NCBI GenBank assembly: GCA_951406725.2
Contig: OX597831.1
Coordinates: 8,308,001-8,372,000, forward strand
Source: Octopus vulgaris
Taxonomy: Eukaryota
DNA length: 64,000 bases
Reading direction: 5' to 3'
Made by a program: the position numbers and the translations under genes. The notes under the pieces were generated by a model. That model was not told where the DNA came from and made no database searches. It was given only the letters and a program-made list of their open reading frames with translations. Positions 32,859 to 48,213 of this stretch are shown one piece after another. How positions within the stretch are numbered: position 1 is the first letter of the stretch; the number at the start of each line of letters is the position of its first letter.

Positions 32859-35800
32859 TGTTCGTAAACCATCCAAATGTTGAAGGTATATGGTAGTGTA
32901 AGCAGTACGGTTGCTTGGTGCCCCCTCAACAGAACAATTTTAAGAAGGCATCTTGTGTAGATGTATTTTGCTGAAAAGCATGAAAGAATATCAATAGCAG
33001 ATGGGAAACACCCAGCGGCTTTGGTGAAGTTGCTAAATCTAGATTTCTGTGTAGTTCTGCATCATCAGTAGCAAGCATCTACAACCAACTGCATTTAACC
33101 TCTGCTGATCGTAGGAGGACCTGCTGTGCTTGAAGAGACCTATTGAGTCAAGTACATCAATATCAAATGGAAATTGTTATTACTATACCTGTGCCGGCGG
33201 CACATAAAAAGCACCATCTGAACGTGGCCGATGCCAGCGCTGCCTTCACTGGCTTCTGTGCCGGTGGCACATGACCTGCTGTGCTTGAGACCTACTGAGT
33301 CAAGTACATCAACATCAAAATAAATATCAAATGGAAATTGTAGATGTGATACCTGTGCCAGTGGCATGTAAAAAGCACCATTCGAATGTGGCTGATGCCA
33401 GTGCTGCCTTGACTGGCTTCTGTGCCGGTGGCACTTAAAAAGCACCAACCGATTATGGCAGCTGCCAGCCTCCCCTGGCACCTGTGCCAGTGACACGTAA
33501 AAATCACCAACTACACTCTCGGAGTGGTTGGCGTTAGGAAGGGCATCCAGCTGTAGAAACACTGCCAGATCAGACTGGAGCCTGGTGCAGTCCCCTGGCT
33601 TCCCAGACCCCGGTCGAACTGTCCAACCCGTGCTAGCATGGAAAATGGACGTTAAACAATGATGATGATGATATAGGAAAACATTAACAAATGCACTGAT
33701 GTCAAAAATATCTGGCAGGATGGATAAATTTTTGCTATTAGCAATATTTTGTTTTGAATAGCATTCTGTATATCTCCCTTAATGTGGATATACATATATT
33801 CTACTACCGATATACTTCTGTGCTTTTTAGCACTATACATCTGTATGTGATGCTTCCTCAAAACAAATACCACAGTCGTGTGGCTTTCTACAGTATATCC
33901 ACATCAAGTGTAATATACAGAAGGCTATTTTCAACTAATAATGAATTTGCATAAATTCTTCATAATTTTCAAAATTAAATGACACCTGGTCGATGCACCT
34001 TGTGTTGAGTTCCATGGCATGGCACCTTCGGCAAGTCTCTTCTACTATAACCTTGGGCTGACCAAAGCCTTGTGAGTGGATTTGGTAGATGAAAACTGAA
34101 AGAAGCCTGTCGTATATATATATATATATGTGTGTGTGTGCCTTTGTGTCTGTGTTTGTCTCCAACACACCACTTGACAACTGGTGTTGGTTTGTTTACA
34201 TCCCCATAACTTAGCGGTTTGCCAAAAGAGACCAATAGAATAAGTACCAGGCCTAGCAAAAAAAAAAAGAAAAAAAAAAGCATTCAAGTACTGTGGTGAA
34301 TTCATTCGATAAACATCGAAGGCATTGCCCCAGTCTGATGACTGAAATGAAAAAAAGCAAAAAGGATATTTCAAAAGAAGCACAGTGACAGAATGCTTAA
34401 TCCGTTCGTATAAGAACTCACTGATACGGATAATAATGTAACACTTGCTGCTGCTCTAGTTTCTACATTTCAAAGTGTCCTCTGCGGCAGCCAGCATTTT
34501 TGGCATTTCCAAGTGAGCAGTTGGATGGTATGCAATCCTAATTATATTTCTCTGGATAGGTAATTCCTTAGAGAAGGTTTCGAATGAGTGAGTTTATATT
34601 TATTGCATATTTAATCACTTTGGTGACATGCTCTCTGGAATAGGTGGCAGTGGCGGGTGGGGGTCGGGGGAATGTTTTGAAGTATGTCATTTTAAAGAGG
34701 CCAATTACTCTGTTTTTTCCTTTTTTCTTTTCGGTTGTATTCCTCCAGGATATCCTCAGTTGCCATATTGTTGGAGTATTTCTATAAAACTTTTTTAACT
34801 CTTTTCGTTCTTGGTAAAAGGAAAAAAAAAAAAAAACCCCAGAAAAACTGTTAGTTTCAGTGTTGCTACTTCATTTTAAACCTGGTATCATTATCATAAC
34901 CGTATGTGTAGGAAGCTGGCAGAATCATTAGCACGCTGGGTGAAATGCTTAGCAGTATTTCCTCTGCTGTTACGTTCTGGGTTCAAATTCCGCCGAGGTC
35001 GACTTTGCCTTTCATCCTTTCAGGGTCGATGTAATCGACTTAATCCGTTTGTCTGTCCGCTCTGTGTTTAGCCCCTTGTGGGTAGTAAAGAAATAAGTAT
35101 ACGTAAGAACCTTTTATTAAGGTTGTCTTCTAAACATAGACAGAATGGAGATTTATTTTATCGAATTCCTCCAGCATGTTGGGCTGTGGAGTTAAGAAGT
35201 TTGTTTCCCAATCATGTGGTTCTGGGTTCAGTTCCATTATGGTACTTGTTGGAGTTATAGTCTTCTACTATAACTCTGGGCTAACAGAAGCCTTGTGAGT
35301 GGATATGCTAGATGGAAACTGAGAGAAGCCCATTGTGTGTATGCATATATGATATTTGTGTGTGAGACTGTCTCTCTGCTTTGTCATTGTTTGATAGTTA
35401 TAAGTGATGTCCTTTATTTCCAATCTTCTGATTCGTATCATCATCATCATCATTTAACATCTGCTTTCCATGCTGGTATGGGTTGGACGGTTTGACTGTG
35501 GGCTGGCGAACCAGATGGCTGCACCAGGATCCAGTCTTGATCTGGCAGAGTTTCTACTGCTGGATGCCCTTCCTAACGCCAACCATTCTGAGAGTGTAGT
35601 GGGTGCTTTTTACATGCCACCGGCACGGGAGCCAGTCAGGCGGTACTGGCAACAACCTTGCTTGAATCTTTTTACACATGCCACTAGCACAGGTGCCAGT
35701 AAGGCGACATTGGTAACAATCACACTCGAATAGAGACCTTTTACGTGCCACCAGTATGGAAGCCAGTTGGTTGCTCTGGCAACGATCACGCTCGGATGGT

Positions 35801-38441
35801 GCTCTTGGCACCCTACTAGCACGGGTACAAGTGCCAGTAAGGCGACGCTGGTCTTGCCATGGAGGAAATATTACCTTGCTTGGAAACAGGAAAGGCTTCC
35901 AATTGTAGAAATTCTACTTTTTATGCCATTGAATAGAGTAACTATTGCTGGTGCTATTTGAAAAGCATCTGGTACTCTGATAAGTGTTTGGTGTTAGGAA
36001 GGGCATCCAGGGGTAGAAGGAACCATGCCAGGGTGGGCATGGAATCTGGCAGAACCTTCTGGCTTATCTGTTCTTGTCAAACTGTCTGAAGCATGCCAGC
36101 ATGGAAAAAAGAGATGTTAGATAATGATGACGATGGTTGCTAGGCCATCAAATAGTAGTTGTCTACAGAAAGCGAATTTTGTTTTGGGATGTTTACAGCA
36201 TCTATGGCATTATAAACAAACACCTCCAAATTAGGTTGGATGTACTAATTAACACTTGTTACAAAAGCTACTTCTGTTGCTAATATATACACAGCCCACC
36301 AGCTTTCTGCAAAACCTCTCTCTCTCTATATCAGCTCGACTGATTTCCTGTCCGGCATCCAGCTTGTGATATGGTGAAATCATGTGACATGCTGGTGCTG
36401 TGATGTTGTTCTGATGGAATTTTGTCAACTAATAACAAATTTCTGATACTTTTTAGCATCCATCATCCACACAAAATGACTTTACTGCAGTCATGTTAAT
36501 TAATATTCGTTAATGATTCTTGTTGTCTTTTCCTCACCACATAATAATTTTGTTATTAGCTTTTTAATGCTCCCTTCAGTATTTCTCTCTTATTTGTTAC
36601 TTGTTTCAGCCATTAGACTGTGGCACCACCTTGAAGAATCTCTGTCAAACAATTGACTCCAGCACTTTTTTTAAAGCCTGCTATTCTATCGATCTCTTTT
36701 GCTGAACTGTTACGTTAATGGGATGTAAACACACCAACTCTGGTTGTTAAGTAGTGGTGGGGGAAACAGACACAAACATATACATATGACAGGCTTCTTT
36801 CAGTTTCCATCTACCAAATTCACTCACCAAGCTTTGGTCAACCATAAGCTAGGTGCCACACAATGGGACTGAACCTAAATCTCTGGTTGAGAAGCAAACT
36901 TCTTACTACGCAGCCATGCCTGTGCTTATTCCGTTAATATTAGCTTAAATGTTCTTTTCTACTCTAGGCACAAGGCCCGACATTTTGGGGGAGGGGGCCA
37001 GTTGATTAGATCGACCCCAGTACACAACTGGTACATAATTTATCAACCCTGAAAGGATGAAAGGCAAAGTTGACCTCGGTGGAATTTGAACTGAGAACGA
37101 TGAAATAGCGCTAAGCATTTCGCCCGGCATGCTAACGTTTCTGCCAGTTCACTGCCTTTTATATTAGCCTAAATGTTGCCCCTGGATTCATTTAGTTGGC
37201 ATTGAAATTCTTCAGTGAGTTCTGTGGAGAAAGAAATCTCTTTTCTGAGACTTTTAAGACGAAAATAATATTTTGAGACCCGGAGAGAAATGTCTAGAAT
37301 GCATTTTAATACAGTTAAGGAAACAAAAAAAAAAAAAAAAAAAAGACCCCAAAAGTATGATAAAAGTCAAACTTTATTTTATCATTGCTTCCTTTTTTTT
37401 TTTCTTCCTTTTTTTTTTGTTCAAAACAACATATAATTACAGGAAAAAAAGACATCCCCCCCCCCACCAAATCCCATTCCAAGCAACATAAGGATAGAAA
37501 AAAAAAAACCAAAAAGAAAAAAAATCTAAGACTTGAGAAAACAGTTCGTACTGGAACGATATGAAGAACTGTATCAAGTGATTATAATTATTATTATTTA
37601 TATTATTACAAGAACATATAGGAGGGGGTGGGGGAAGAAATACTTTTGCTGGTGCTTTCTACAATTGTGATGCCCCAACCTAAAGTACTTCTGCATTTTG
37701 AAGACTGTTGCCATTTTACAGTTTTTGATAGATGTTTTATTTTTTTATTGTATTTTTTTCTTCATTTATTGAAATTGAGTACATTATAGATATTATACAT
37801 AGGTATACACACACAAAATATATATACACGGGTATATTTATTTATGTATGTATATACACTCACACATACATATATACACACACATATACATATATAAGCA
37901 CATACACACATTAGAGGGCAGAGGAACATACTATATTCACACCATATATATATATATATAATGTAGATATATATATAAAGCACACAAATGCACATTATTA
38001 CAATCACAAAGAGTAGAGGAACATACAGACATGTAGAATGGAAAGATTTGGTTTAACTGTTCCCTGACAATTTAAGCCTCCTGCCTCTCTCTCTCTCTTT
38101 CCTCCTGCAAAATGTTTCAAAAATGTCATCAGTGAGCTAAAACATTGTAGTCCTGTGTACTGAAATACATAACTGTCTCGACTAAAACCTGCTGGTTGCA
38201 GCAGAAGCTGCGCATAACACGTGAAATACACTGCAAGAGGTCTGTCGCTGAATAGTGACTTTGTTTGCGTGTAAGCGTTCTCTTTTCTTTTGTACATAGA
38301 TTTTGGATAAGGAAACCAAATGCAACTTCACAGTTGTTTGCGTGCACACATTATACATTACATTGTATTATTAGTTAAGAATGTGTCTGAGAGTAAAAGA
38401 AGAAATGAAAAGACTTATGCTGTAACATTAGTTTTGCTTGC

Positions 38442-38637
38442 ATGACAAAGGGGCAAGAGTTATATAATCACATTCATTGGCTTACAGTTGTTTCCACTAT
38501 ACGGAAGCTATAAGATGTCATGCTGTCACTCACACAAAGCTATTACATGTCACTCACCTCTGGGTGCAGAGTTTCTTAAAGCGGAAACATCTGTAAGCCA
38601 ATGAATGTGATTATGTAACTTCTAATTCTTTTGTTAT
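38442..38637. mobile_element. Small fold-back element or MITE
   Basis: gttatataatcacattcattggcttacagttgtttcc (from ~38459) is mirrored by ggaaacatctgtaagccaatgaatgtgattatgtaac (to ~38619). Confidence 0.75.
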
Positions 38638-41600
38638 TTATTAATATTACACTCTGTGTTTATCTTCTGGTTTACTTCCTTGTCTTTGGAGTTGAGGAAT
38701 ATTGTTTTATATGTGTATAGAGATACAACTGGTTATTGAGGCTGCTGCGGCTCAGTAGAACACACACACATATCTGTATATACACATTCACATATGTATG
38801 TATACAACATTTTTCTGGGTTCAGTTAACAGACTAGCCATGTTGGTGCACTAAAAGCTGGAGTATAACAAAGTGCAGTTATTCCAATACTTATTCCCATC
38901 AACAGGTGAGAGGTAAAGTGGATTTGGGTGGGATGTGAGCTCAGCGGGTAACCAAATATCACAAGGCATTATCTTGCTATTTGCTCTGCAGGTGCTCCCA
39001 TTCACCAGCCAATGTCGGTGCATGCACGGCCGTGTGCTTAAGAGTTCATTTTGCAATGACATGTTTTTATGTTTTGCAGCACGTGGTGCAAGTATGTTCT
39101 GCTATAAACTGTGGCTCAACCCAGGCGTTCGCAGTGAGTTTAGTAAATAGAAATTGTGTGGAAGACCACTGTATGGTGTTTGTCTTCAAACTGGTTGGGC
39201 TGTTTACATCTCTAACATCTTCAAGACGGTAATGCTAGCAAAGCTGTGTATATGCAATCATGCATGCATATATATATTACCAGCGTCGCCTTACTGGCAC
39301 TCGAGCCCCGTGCTAGTAGGGTATTAAGAGCACCATCCGAGCGTGATTGGTAGGTAGATATTTCTCTTTGGAAACTGATGACTTTGAAATGGCTGCGAAT
39401 GAGTGCAGTGTGTCAGAAGTTTCTCTCTCATTTTTTTTCCTGTTGGTAACTTAGATGAAATGAGAATATTAGCCACTCCTTCACTTAATTAATTAAGAGT
39501 TAATCATGAATTATTTAATTTGCCTATCTCTAGAGCTGCTCTTAAATATGATAGAAAAGAGAAATTTGTTTCAACTTAGGTTTCGTTTTACTTCAACCAA
39601 ATAAAGAACTTGGTGAATTTTTAAATTAAAAAAAAAACTAATCTTGCTGCAACTTTTTATTAAAACAATGTGAAACAGATCAGTGTTAAATTCAATGGCT
39701 CCAGCATGGCAGCAGCAGCAGAGAGTAGACTCTCCAGGTAATTGGATTCTTTTCTTTCTCTCATTCCTTCTCCCCCTTCGATAGTTTGGCATTTGCTTTC
39801 TTATCAATAATAATTGCAAGGATTAAGGTTTTTCTATATAAAATTAAAAGGGGCTTATGAAGGATTATCATAATTACTGTTGAGGTATTTTCACATAAAT
39901 CCTTTGAGTAAAGGTTCATTTAGCCAACCAGGTGTGATTGGAGGTGTTTAAAAGATTTGGATAAAAGGAAAGGGAAATAATAAATTTGGCCTGCTTTAAG
40001 GGAATCCTAAACCTTTTTCTATTTCATAAAATGCATTCTGAATACTTAATTATATATTGACCTACCTTTGTATATTTACTGTAGTTACATTATAAATGAT
40101 GCATTGTTACATTGTCTACAAATATACCTTTCTATTATTTCATCTGTTTGTTTAAGAGAATTCTCATTGTTTTCACTATTCAGGATAAAACCCCAAGAAA
40201 TTCTTAACTGCTGCCCCCCCCCCCCATTTCTTTTAACATTCTTTCAGTTTTTTTAAAACAATTTAAGCCTCCCCATTAGTTTCTTAAACCAGCCTGCTTT
40301 ACAAGAAAATTCTCTTCTGGTGCTAGTTATCTGTTGAACCACCCTTCAAATTACTCAGCTCTTTTTGATAACCCCCCCGCCCCCCCATCAGTTCTTTGAT
40401 ACAAAATTTAAAAAAAGTTCCTTTCTGAAAGTGGTTACATCTAAAAGCTTTCCATCAATATTTTTCACTAGAACCTTTCAAGTGATTTTCTAAAAACCAA
40501 TTTAACATATAAGACAGTAATTTGTGCTGTAATATCTCTGTGAATTCTTGTGTTCTTTATGATAATATCAGCTGAGGAACACTAGATTTTATTTAACCAT
40601 ACTGGAGCAATTTTTGTTCAAACATCCATTTTTCTAAACTTGTATGGGGGTGGAAGGATTTCATGGAGACATTTTCTATGGCTAGATGCCCTTCTTGTCA
40701 TCAACTCTCACTGGTTTACGTATAGTTTCATCTTTGAATAAGTTAAAAGAATTTATCATTAACACACATATATATGTGTGTGTGTGTGTGCATTTGGAGC
40801 AAGTAAAATTGATGTAACTTAGCTTTTGCTTTCACTTTTGATATGCTTTGCAGTTCATAAACCTCCAAGCCTTATCTTGAGAAACGTTAGAATAGGTATA
40901 TGCATGCATCCGAACACAAACAAGCATTCATTTATTTCACCGAGATCAATAACGAGAATTATAATTGATACTAATAAATAATGTGCATACATTTCTGGAT
41001 TTAATTAGGAAGAGGTGGTGATATGACACCCTTATAGTTTAGCAGTAACTGACTGAACAGTATTGAAACAAATGAAAAGAACTAAGGTGAGCCTGCAATG
41101 ATGTGGCATCTTGATTCAGCCTGTTGGGTCAATGAAGCCCCCCCCCACTCCCAGGGGAAACTTCCTCCCATCTTGGCAAGATACACACCTGCTTGGAGCT
41201 ATTACCAAGAAAATACTGTGACAGTTAGCACACCATCCTCTCTTTGGAAACTTCTCAGATACCAGAATTATCTTCCATGCACTTGTATGACTAATTCTAG
41301 AATAACATTCGGCAAATGTTTCTCCTTCTTTGGAGTAATCAGCCATTATTAATATATAATTGATGCTAGAACTGATATCTCAGAAAACGGTCACTATTAA
41401 TATTAGATTTAAATTCTGGCACAAGGCCAGCAATTCTGGGGAAGGGGCTAAGTCGATCCCAGCGGAATTTGAACTCAGAACGTAACTGATAGGTGAAATG
41501 CCACAGAGCATTTTGTCCAGCTAGCTAATGATTCTGCCAGCCTCGTTGGCTTAGAGTTATAATTAATATTTAATAGTATTTAGACTATTAATAAACATTT

Positions 41601-44600
41601 GAGTCCTTCACTCATACAAACGAGGGGAGAAATTCGTTAAGAAATATAATCATCATGACCACCAGTGGGGAAATGGTTGAGACAAAAGAATCAATGAAAC
41701 AATAATACACAAGACCAAGTTCTGGAGAGACGGGATATAAATAGACATGTTTTATATACATTCAGGTGTAAAATACAACAATACCTTTCAGAATGGATTC
41801 TGTCGTTCATAGAAAGCATGTTTAGCACAAACTAAGGAAATAAAGTAAGTTTTGTAGTCGGGGAGATTAGCTTGGAAATGATATGTATATTATTATTATT
41901 ATTATTAACACAATAATGACAAACATAGAGAGACTGCTTAAGGAAATTTCAAGAGAAGAAAATACAAAAGGGAGAAAAGGATGAAAAGAAAAAAACAAGA
42001 AGGGATGGGTGGATTGGGGGTACAGATTGTGTAAACATCAATTTGAGAGAGAAAAATAGCAAGTGCCCTATTAATAGGATCTGGGTGTCATGGCTGTTTG
42101 GTTAAGAAGCTTGCTTACCAACCATGTGGTTTTGGGTTCAGTCCCATTGTGCGGCACCTTGGGCAAGTGTCTGCCATCACTCTAGACAGAAACTATGAAC
42201 ACGTATTTATAGGATATATTATTTACATGCGTATGTGTGTGTGTGTGTAGATGTATTAGTGTCACTTGTCACTGTGTAAAGCAAAGAAGTTCTAATGTTG
42301 ACATTCCTTTCAAAGACATGTAATATGTATGTATGTATGTGTGTATATATATATATATATATATCTTTAGTTTCAGTCTTTGGGTGCCTTGGAAAAAAGA
42401 GAATGTATACTCACAGAGGGACTTGAACCCATGAACCCCAAATCACTTTAAAAGCAGATGTTTTATCTGAGAAACAGGTAAGAGTTGGCATTTGACTCTA
42501 CAATCCTACCACAGAATAATAGCTTCTCTTGTCCAACTCATGCTAGCATGGAGAAAACAACCATTAAACCAGTCAACTGAGATATATAAGATATATATAT
42601 ATACAATCATTTGCTGGAGTAACCTTGTTATTGATGAAGCTGCTCTTAGCTTATCGTGGCTTTTGACTTTCAAATTAGGATGTTTATAAAGATTAATATT
42701 GTTTACATTGAAATAATCTCATCAGTTATTCATGAAATAAGAGTTTACTATCTCAAAGACACTTACCCACTTCCCTTCCGTTTCACCACAACTTGTAAAA
42801 ATAAATATCACTGTTTTACTATTCGAAAAATGTACATTTAAAAATATATTTTATCTTAACACAAATAACTTAAACCTGATGATAAAAATAACATTTTATA
42901 TTCTAGTTTTTTTGGGGAGGGGATGGAAGGGGGGGGGCTTGGATTGAGAAAATTAAATGAACAAACAACTTGATGCAACAACTTTGGCTAATAAAAAAAA
43001 GATATACACGCATGTATACAGATATATCAAAATTAATAGAATAACAGATAAATAATAACATAAAATAAGGTTTATGGAATTTGGATCCATAGAAATGTTT
43101 TCAGCTGTAAATAAATGGGGAAGAATTGTTGTGTCAGGGTTGGGGGGGGGGGGGGCAGGAATTTTCAAAGAATTGTTAAAAGCATTAAATAATGGTTTTT
43201 CTTTTCAGTTAAAAGTTTTCTAGAAGGATGAACAAATGATAAACTGTATTAAATGAGATACAGTCGTATCATTCACTAACACACACACAGCTAACTTTAT
43301 TGTATTATATATATGTATATATTGGAAGAACCAAACTATTTGTGTTACCAAGTAAATGAATATTTAGGTGGAAATTTTATTTATACTATATATATATATA
43401 GGGAGAGAGAGAGAGAGATAAAGAGCTCTTGTAAATGTGACTGCCTCCACACCCAAAGATACATGACAGAAGCTGTGGAGGAAGAAACTAGAAATTGAGA
43501 CACAAAAATCTCAATTTAACAGAAAAAAGGTTATGCTAATAAGTTTAGTGGTCATAAGGGAGATTTTGGAATCTTCTAACAGCAAAGAAGACAAGGTGGG
43601 ACGTTTATAAAGAGAGAAGAAAAGAAGAGAAAAATACAATATCAAAATAGAAATACAAACTAACGAATGTGAATTCAATGAATTTTAAACAATTTTATAA
43701 AAGAAAAACCAAATGAACTAGACTGGTGGGTTATTATTATGATAAATAAAATAGATTTGTCAATCAGGAAAGTTGTATATAAGAAGAATTGTTCGAATGA
43801 AAACAAGGCACAGTAAAACAGTTTCACAAACAACCACAAGAAGAAACAAACAAAAATTAAGAAACACAGCTATTATTATACATTCAGTGGAGGGTGTCTT
43901 AACACATGGTTGCTCAAATATCTAGAAACAGCAGCCAAATCTCCCTCAAATCACACTCTACATACATTTCCCCCCCTCTCCCTACACAAATGATGTATTT
44001 AATAATGGAAGGAAGTGAGTTTAGAAAAAAGAAAATGAGGATGGTCATGGCTGGAATGCCCTTTGCTCATAGGTCTTGCTGGATCAAAGCTGACCTGGAA
44101 CTAAACAATGACAACATATTTAGTGTTGAAGGAAGGCTGAGGATAAGAAAATGATTGGATGATAATATGAAAAGAAATTAAATATTTATAAAAAAATAAA
44201 ATAAATAACAGTTTCTTGTATAGGTAGAAGGCCAGAGATTTTGAGGGGATGGTGACGGTGAGGGTTGATTAAATTGACACCAGTACGCAACTGGTACTTT
44301 ATTACTTTAACAACCCCCGGAGGGATAAAAGGCAAAATTGCTCTTGATGGAGTCTGAACCCAGAACGTCAAGAGGCACAGCTAAATACCACCAGATGTTT
44401 TGTTGCAAGGGTTCTACAAATTGTCTGCCTTCAAATGATTTAAAGAAATAATATTTTGCAAGAGGCACACGGCCCAGAATTTTGCATGAAGGGCTACAGT
44501 CAGTCGTACTGATTCCAGAACCCAATTGGTTCTTCATCCTTGGAAGGATGGAAACGGCAAAGTTGATTTTGGCAGGATTCAAATTCAGAATGTAAAGGGC

Positions 44601-45384
44601 CAAAACTGAATACCCCACAAGGCGTTTTGTCTGTCGCTCTACCAATTCAATAATAATTGCTGCAGATTTTGATGGGAGGTGGAAGGGGGTCAGTCGATTA
44701 CGCTGACCCCTAGGGCTCAACTTGTGCTCATTTTACTGACACTGAAAGGATGAAAGGCTCAGCGGAATTTGAACTCAGAACAATAGAGCAGGAAGAAATG
44801 CCACTAAGCAGTTTTGCCTGATGTGCTAACCGTTCTATCACCTCACCACCAATAATGATAATAATAATAATAAAATGTCCTTACGGAGAAAGGAAAATGA
44901 TAATTACAATTAACTGTAAAACCTTTTTGTTTCCTCAATATCCTTATCCATTTCAGTCTATTAAAGAAAGAAAAATGAGATTCCTATGGGGGGGTTAACA
45001 GCAACACTAAAAAACAAACAAAACTGTTAAATTCCAATACAGGTAAAAATTAGGGTCAAGAGGTGGTGGTGATGAAAATGTTTTTTGTTTGTCTTTTTTT
45101 TTTTTTCCTTTTGAGAGAGAGACCTAAACAACATTGTTTAAAAATACGACAGGGAAAAAAAAAAGCCCCCAAAAACATAAAACACAGATTTAAAATCTCT
45201 TGTCATAAAAATTTCTGATCAGGGGGGCAACGAGGATGAGATTTTGCTTTTAAAAATCAAGGAGAAACTCAAATTAAAAACATATAAACAGAAAAAAAAG
45301 GGAAATTTCAATAAAACAAATAACAAAAAAAAAAACAAACAAAACAGTCCCCAAAGAACAGAGATGAAAATAAAAATTCCACTA

Positions 45385-45599
45385 CAGAGCAAGGATATAT
45401 ATATATATACACATATATATTCATATATTTTCCAGCTGCTTATATATATGTGTGTATATATACATACACACATATATATAATGTAACTATATATATATAG
45501 TTACATTTTGTCACAATGAACTTCACATTCTTCCACAGAGATTCTAATATTCCATTAGATTCTTTTTTGAACTGTCCTCATAATTTTCCTGATACAACT

Positions 45600-45636
<37 letters not shown>

Positions 45637-45884
45637 TAATAAACATATAATATACAAATAATAAACATATAGAATACACACACATATATTATGTAGATTA
45701 TACATATATATATATATATATGTGGATATATATGAATATATATATATATATAATATGTGTATGTATGTATGTATATATATGTATGTATGTATGTATATAT
45801 ACACATATGTATATATATATATACATATGTATGTATATATATATATACATATGTATGTATATATACATGTATATATATATACAC

Positions 45885-45935
<51 letters not shown>

Positions 45936-45940
45936 TGTAT
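45385..45940. repeat. (TA)n/(TATG)n microsatellite field in the UBTD 3' UTR region
   Basis: Directly visible dinucleotide and tetranucleotide runs. Confidence 0.95.
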
Positions 45941-46344
45941 AGTTATAAAATGCTTTCCTTTACAAGTATACCTTTATTCTTATCTGTACAGCATTCCATT
46001 ATAGAAACGGAATGTATAGACATGAAGTTTTCTTTAGTTTAAATAGGTTTCAAAACAATATTTTTTTTTTCTCTCTTCCATTCTCGCTTTGTCAGTTAAC
46101 ATTCTGAATCACACACACACACACAGCCACAACCACGCATACATTCATACATGCATGCACATAAGCAAACATTCACACATACATTCACACGCAGAGCAGG
46201 CAACCATTCATTCACTCATTCATGTTCTTTTATTTTTTGTTTTTTTTTTTCCTCTTTTTTTTCTTCCTTTCTTCCCATGGCGGTATTTCATCTGTCGTAT
46301 ATCCATAAAAGCAATAATTTCCCATTTTACTAATGATACTCCTG

Positions 46345-46742
46345 TTAAGCATGGTCACCAGCTGGATTACACGGAGATGGCGATACAATGACTTGTACTA
46401 CAAATCCTTTGGAAATTTTTGTGTCTTCAATTTTCATTTTATCACTAAGGAGTCGACCAGAGAAAAACCATCGCTGACGAGAAGGATCTATGCCTTCTTC
46501 TTCGAATATTCTTTTCTTAACTTTCCATACAGTGTCCGTTGTTCGAACGTACAACTTTAAGTCTTTATTAGTGTGTGAAAGACGGAATTTGATTGGTAGT
46601 TCCAGACCAGGGGACGCCGAGTCTGCATCTTGTATTGTATCACTGTCACTGACTTCCTCAATTAAATTGGTCGGGGCACTTAACACATACACAGGAAGTT
46701 GATATCGATTGCCGAGTTCATCGTAGCAGTCCATTAAAGTAC
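46345..46742 (-). CDS. UBTD2: Ubiquitin domain-containing protein (UBTD1/2 family), terminal coding exon with the ubiquitin-like domain
   Basis: Acceptor tatttcag; [30 protein letters not shown]...KFRLS...[30 protein letters not shown]; stop TAA at 46347-46345. It is probably co-orthologous to both vertebrate UBTD1 and UBTD2. Confidence 0.92.
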
Positions 46743-48213
46743 CTGAAATAGAGCAAACACATTCAGATTAGCAATTGTAAACCAAGGGTATTGATTAGTT
46801 ATTAGTTGATGATAATAGATTTGTATTGAGGTTACACAGCAGCAGTTATTTCTGGTCCACAACACTACCTGCTGTTGTTGTTGTTGTTGTTGTTGCTGGT
46901 CCTGAATGGATGTGGTCAGCTTGGACTGAGAAGGCCTATTAAATGAAGTAGATGGTCTGTTAATTCTTAAGACATGTCCATGTGATTCTAAGTAGGTTCA
47001 GTCACAATCTAGATTTCTTGGTGAGACTAGTAAAAGCAACAACAACAAAAAAGTTGAGTTTTTTGATGAAATGATTAAACAACTAAAAACTGCCACACTC
47101 CACTTGCTAGAAATAGCAATCAAATCCCACTCAAATGACACCCTACTCTCTTAAACCCCTTCACCTCCAAAAGGATAATGTTTTACTTGTTTCAGTCTTT
47201 GGAGTGTGGCCATGCTGGTGCACCACCTCAAAGAGTTTGGCTGAATAAACTGACCCTAGGACTTAACTATATTCGTCTCTTAGGGAACTGCTAAGTTATG
47301 GGGGATGTAAACAAACCCACACTGGTTGTCAAGTGGTGGGATGGGCAATCAAATACACACACACACTTGATGGGTTTCCACACAATTTTTGTCAAGCAAA
47401 TTAACTCATAAGGCACTGGTTGGTTCTGGGCTTTAGTAGAAGTCACTTACCCAATGTGCTACACAGTAGGACTGAACCTGAAGCCACACAGTTGCCAAGC
47501 AAGCTTCTTAACCACACAGCCATGCCATGGAAAGAAAAACCTAAGCCAACAATAGCAAGAGGGTGGCTTAAACCGATGTTAAATCATGATGACTTGAAAT
47601 CAAATATCCTGCTCTACCTTCAGTAAATAAGGTTGCTGAAATTCCAGTAAATGCAATTGTGAGAGAAATTCTTCTGTGTAACTTTTGTCAAAAGAATATT
47701 TAAGGCAAAGTTTTCCATGTACGACTACAAGTATCAAAGAAACAGACTCTCTCCTTCAAAAGTTTCCATTACATATTTATTAAGTCTCTACTCTGCTCAT
47801 AAATATTTCTCTAAAAGGCGTCATGCTTTTGCTAGTGTTTCTCCGTGTTTCTTGAGCAATGCTGTGTTGATCAGCTCTGTTGGTTTTTGAGAGAATGCGT
47901 AGACATGCGTCTGCTTTCCATCAGCTTACAGACCTTCTTCCCTCATGAACAATATATGCACAATGAGAGTGACATTCAGGTAAGCATCTTGGTTTTGTGA
48001 TTTAAACAGGATATTCTCACTTAAAACCTTTCTGCGTTTTAGAATAATTTCAAAGGAACTAAGATCACACAGGTTTGAAGTATTACAGAGAAACATCTCC
48101 TGAGCTGCCATGGCAAGCAAGAAACCTCAGCTGCTCAAAGTGTAATAAAAAAACTAAACCAACTGTAAATATTCAGACAAACTTGCTTGAATATTTATTA
48201 AAGGGGCCATTAA

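Noticed and set aside
38101-38150. Minus-strand AATG-TT-ttagctca-CTGATGA-cattttt-GAAA-CATT resembling a type III hammerhead
   Set aside because: The core boxes and stem III fit, but stem II (cattttt) cannot pair and stem I is mismatched. It is probably chance.
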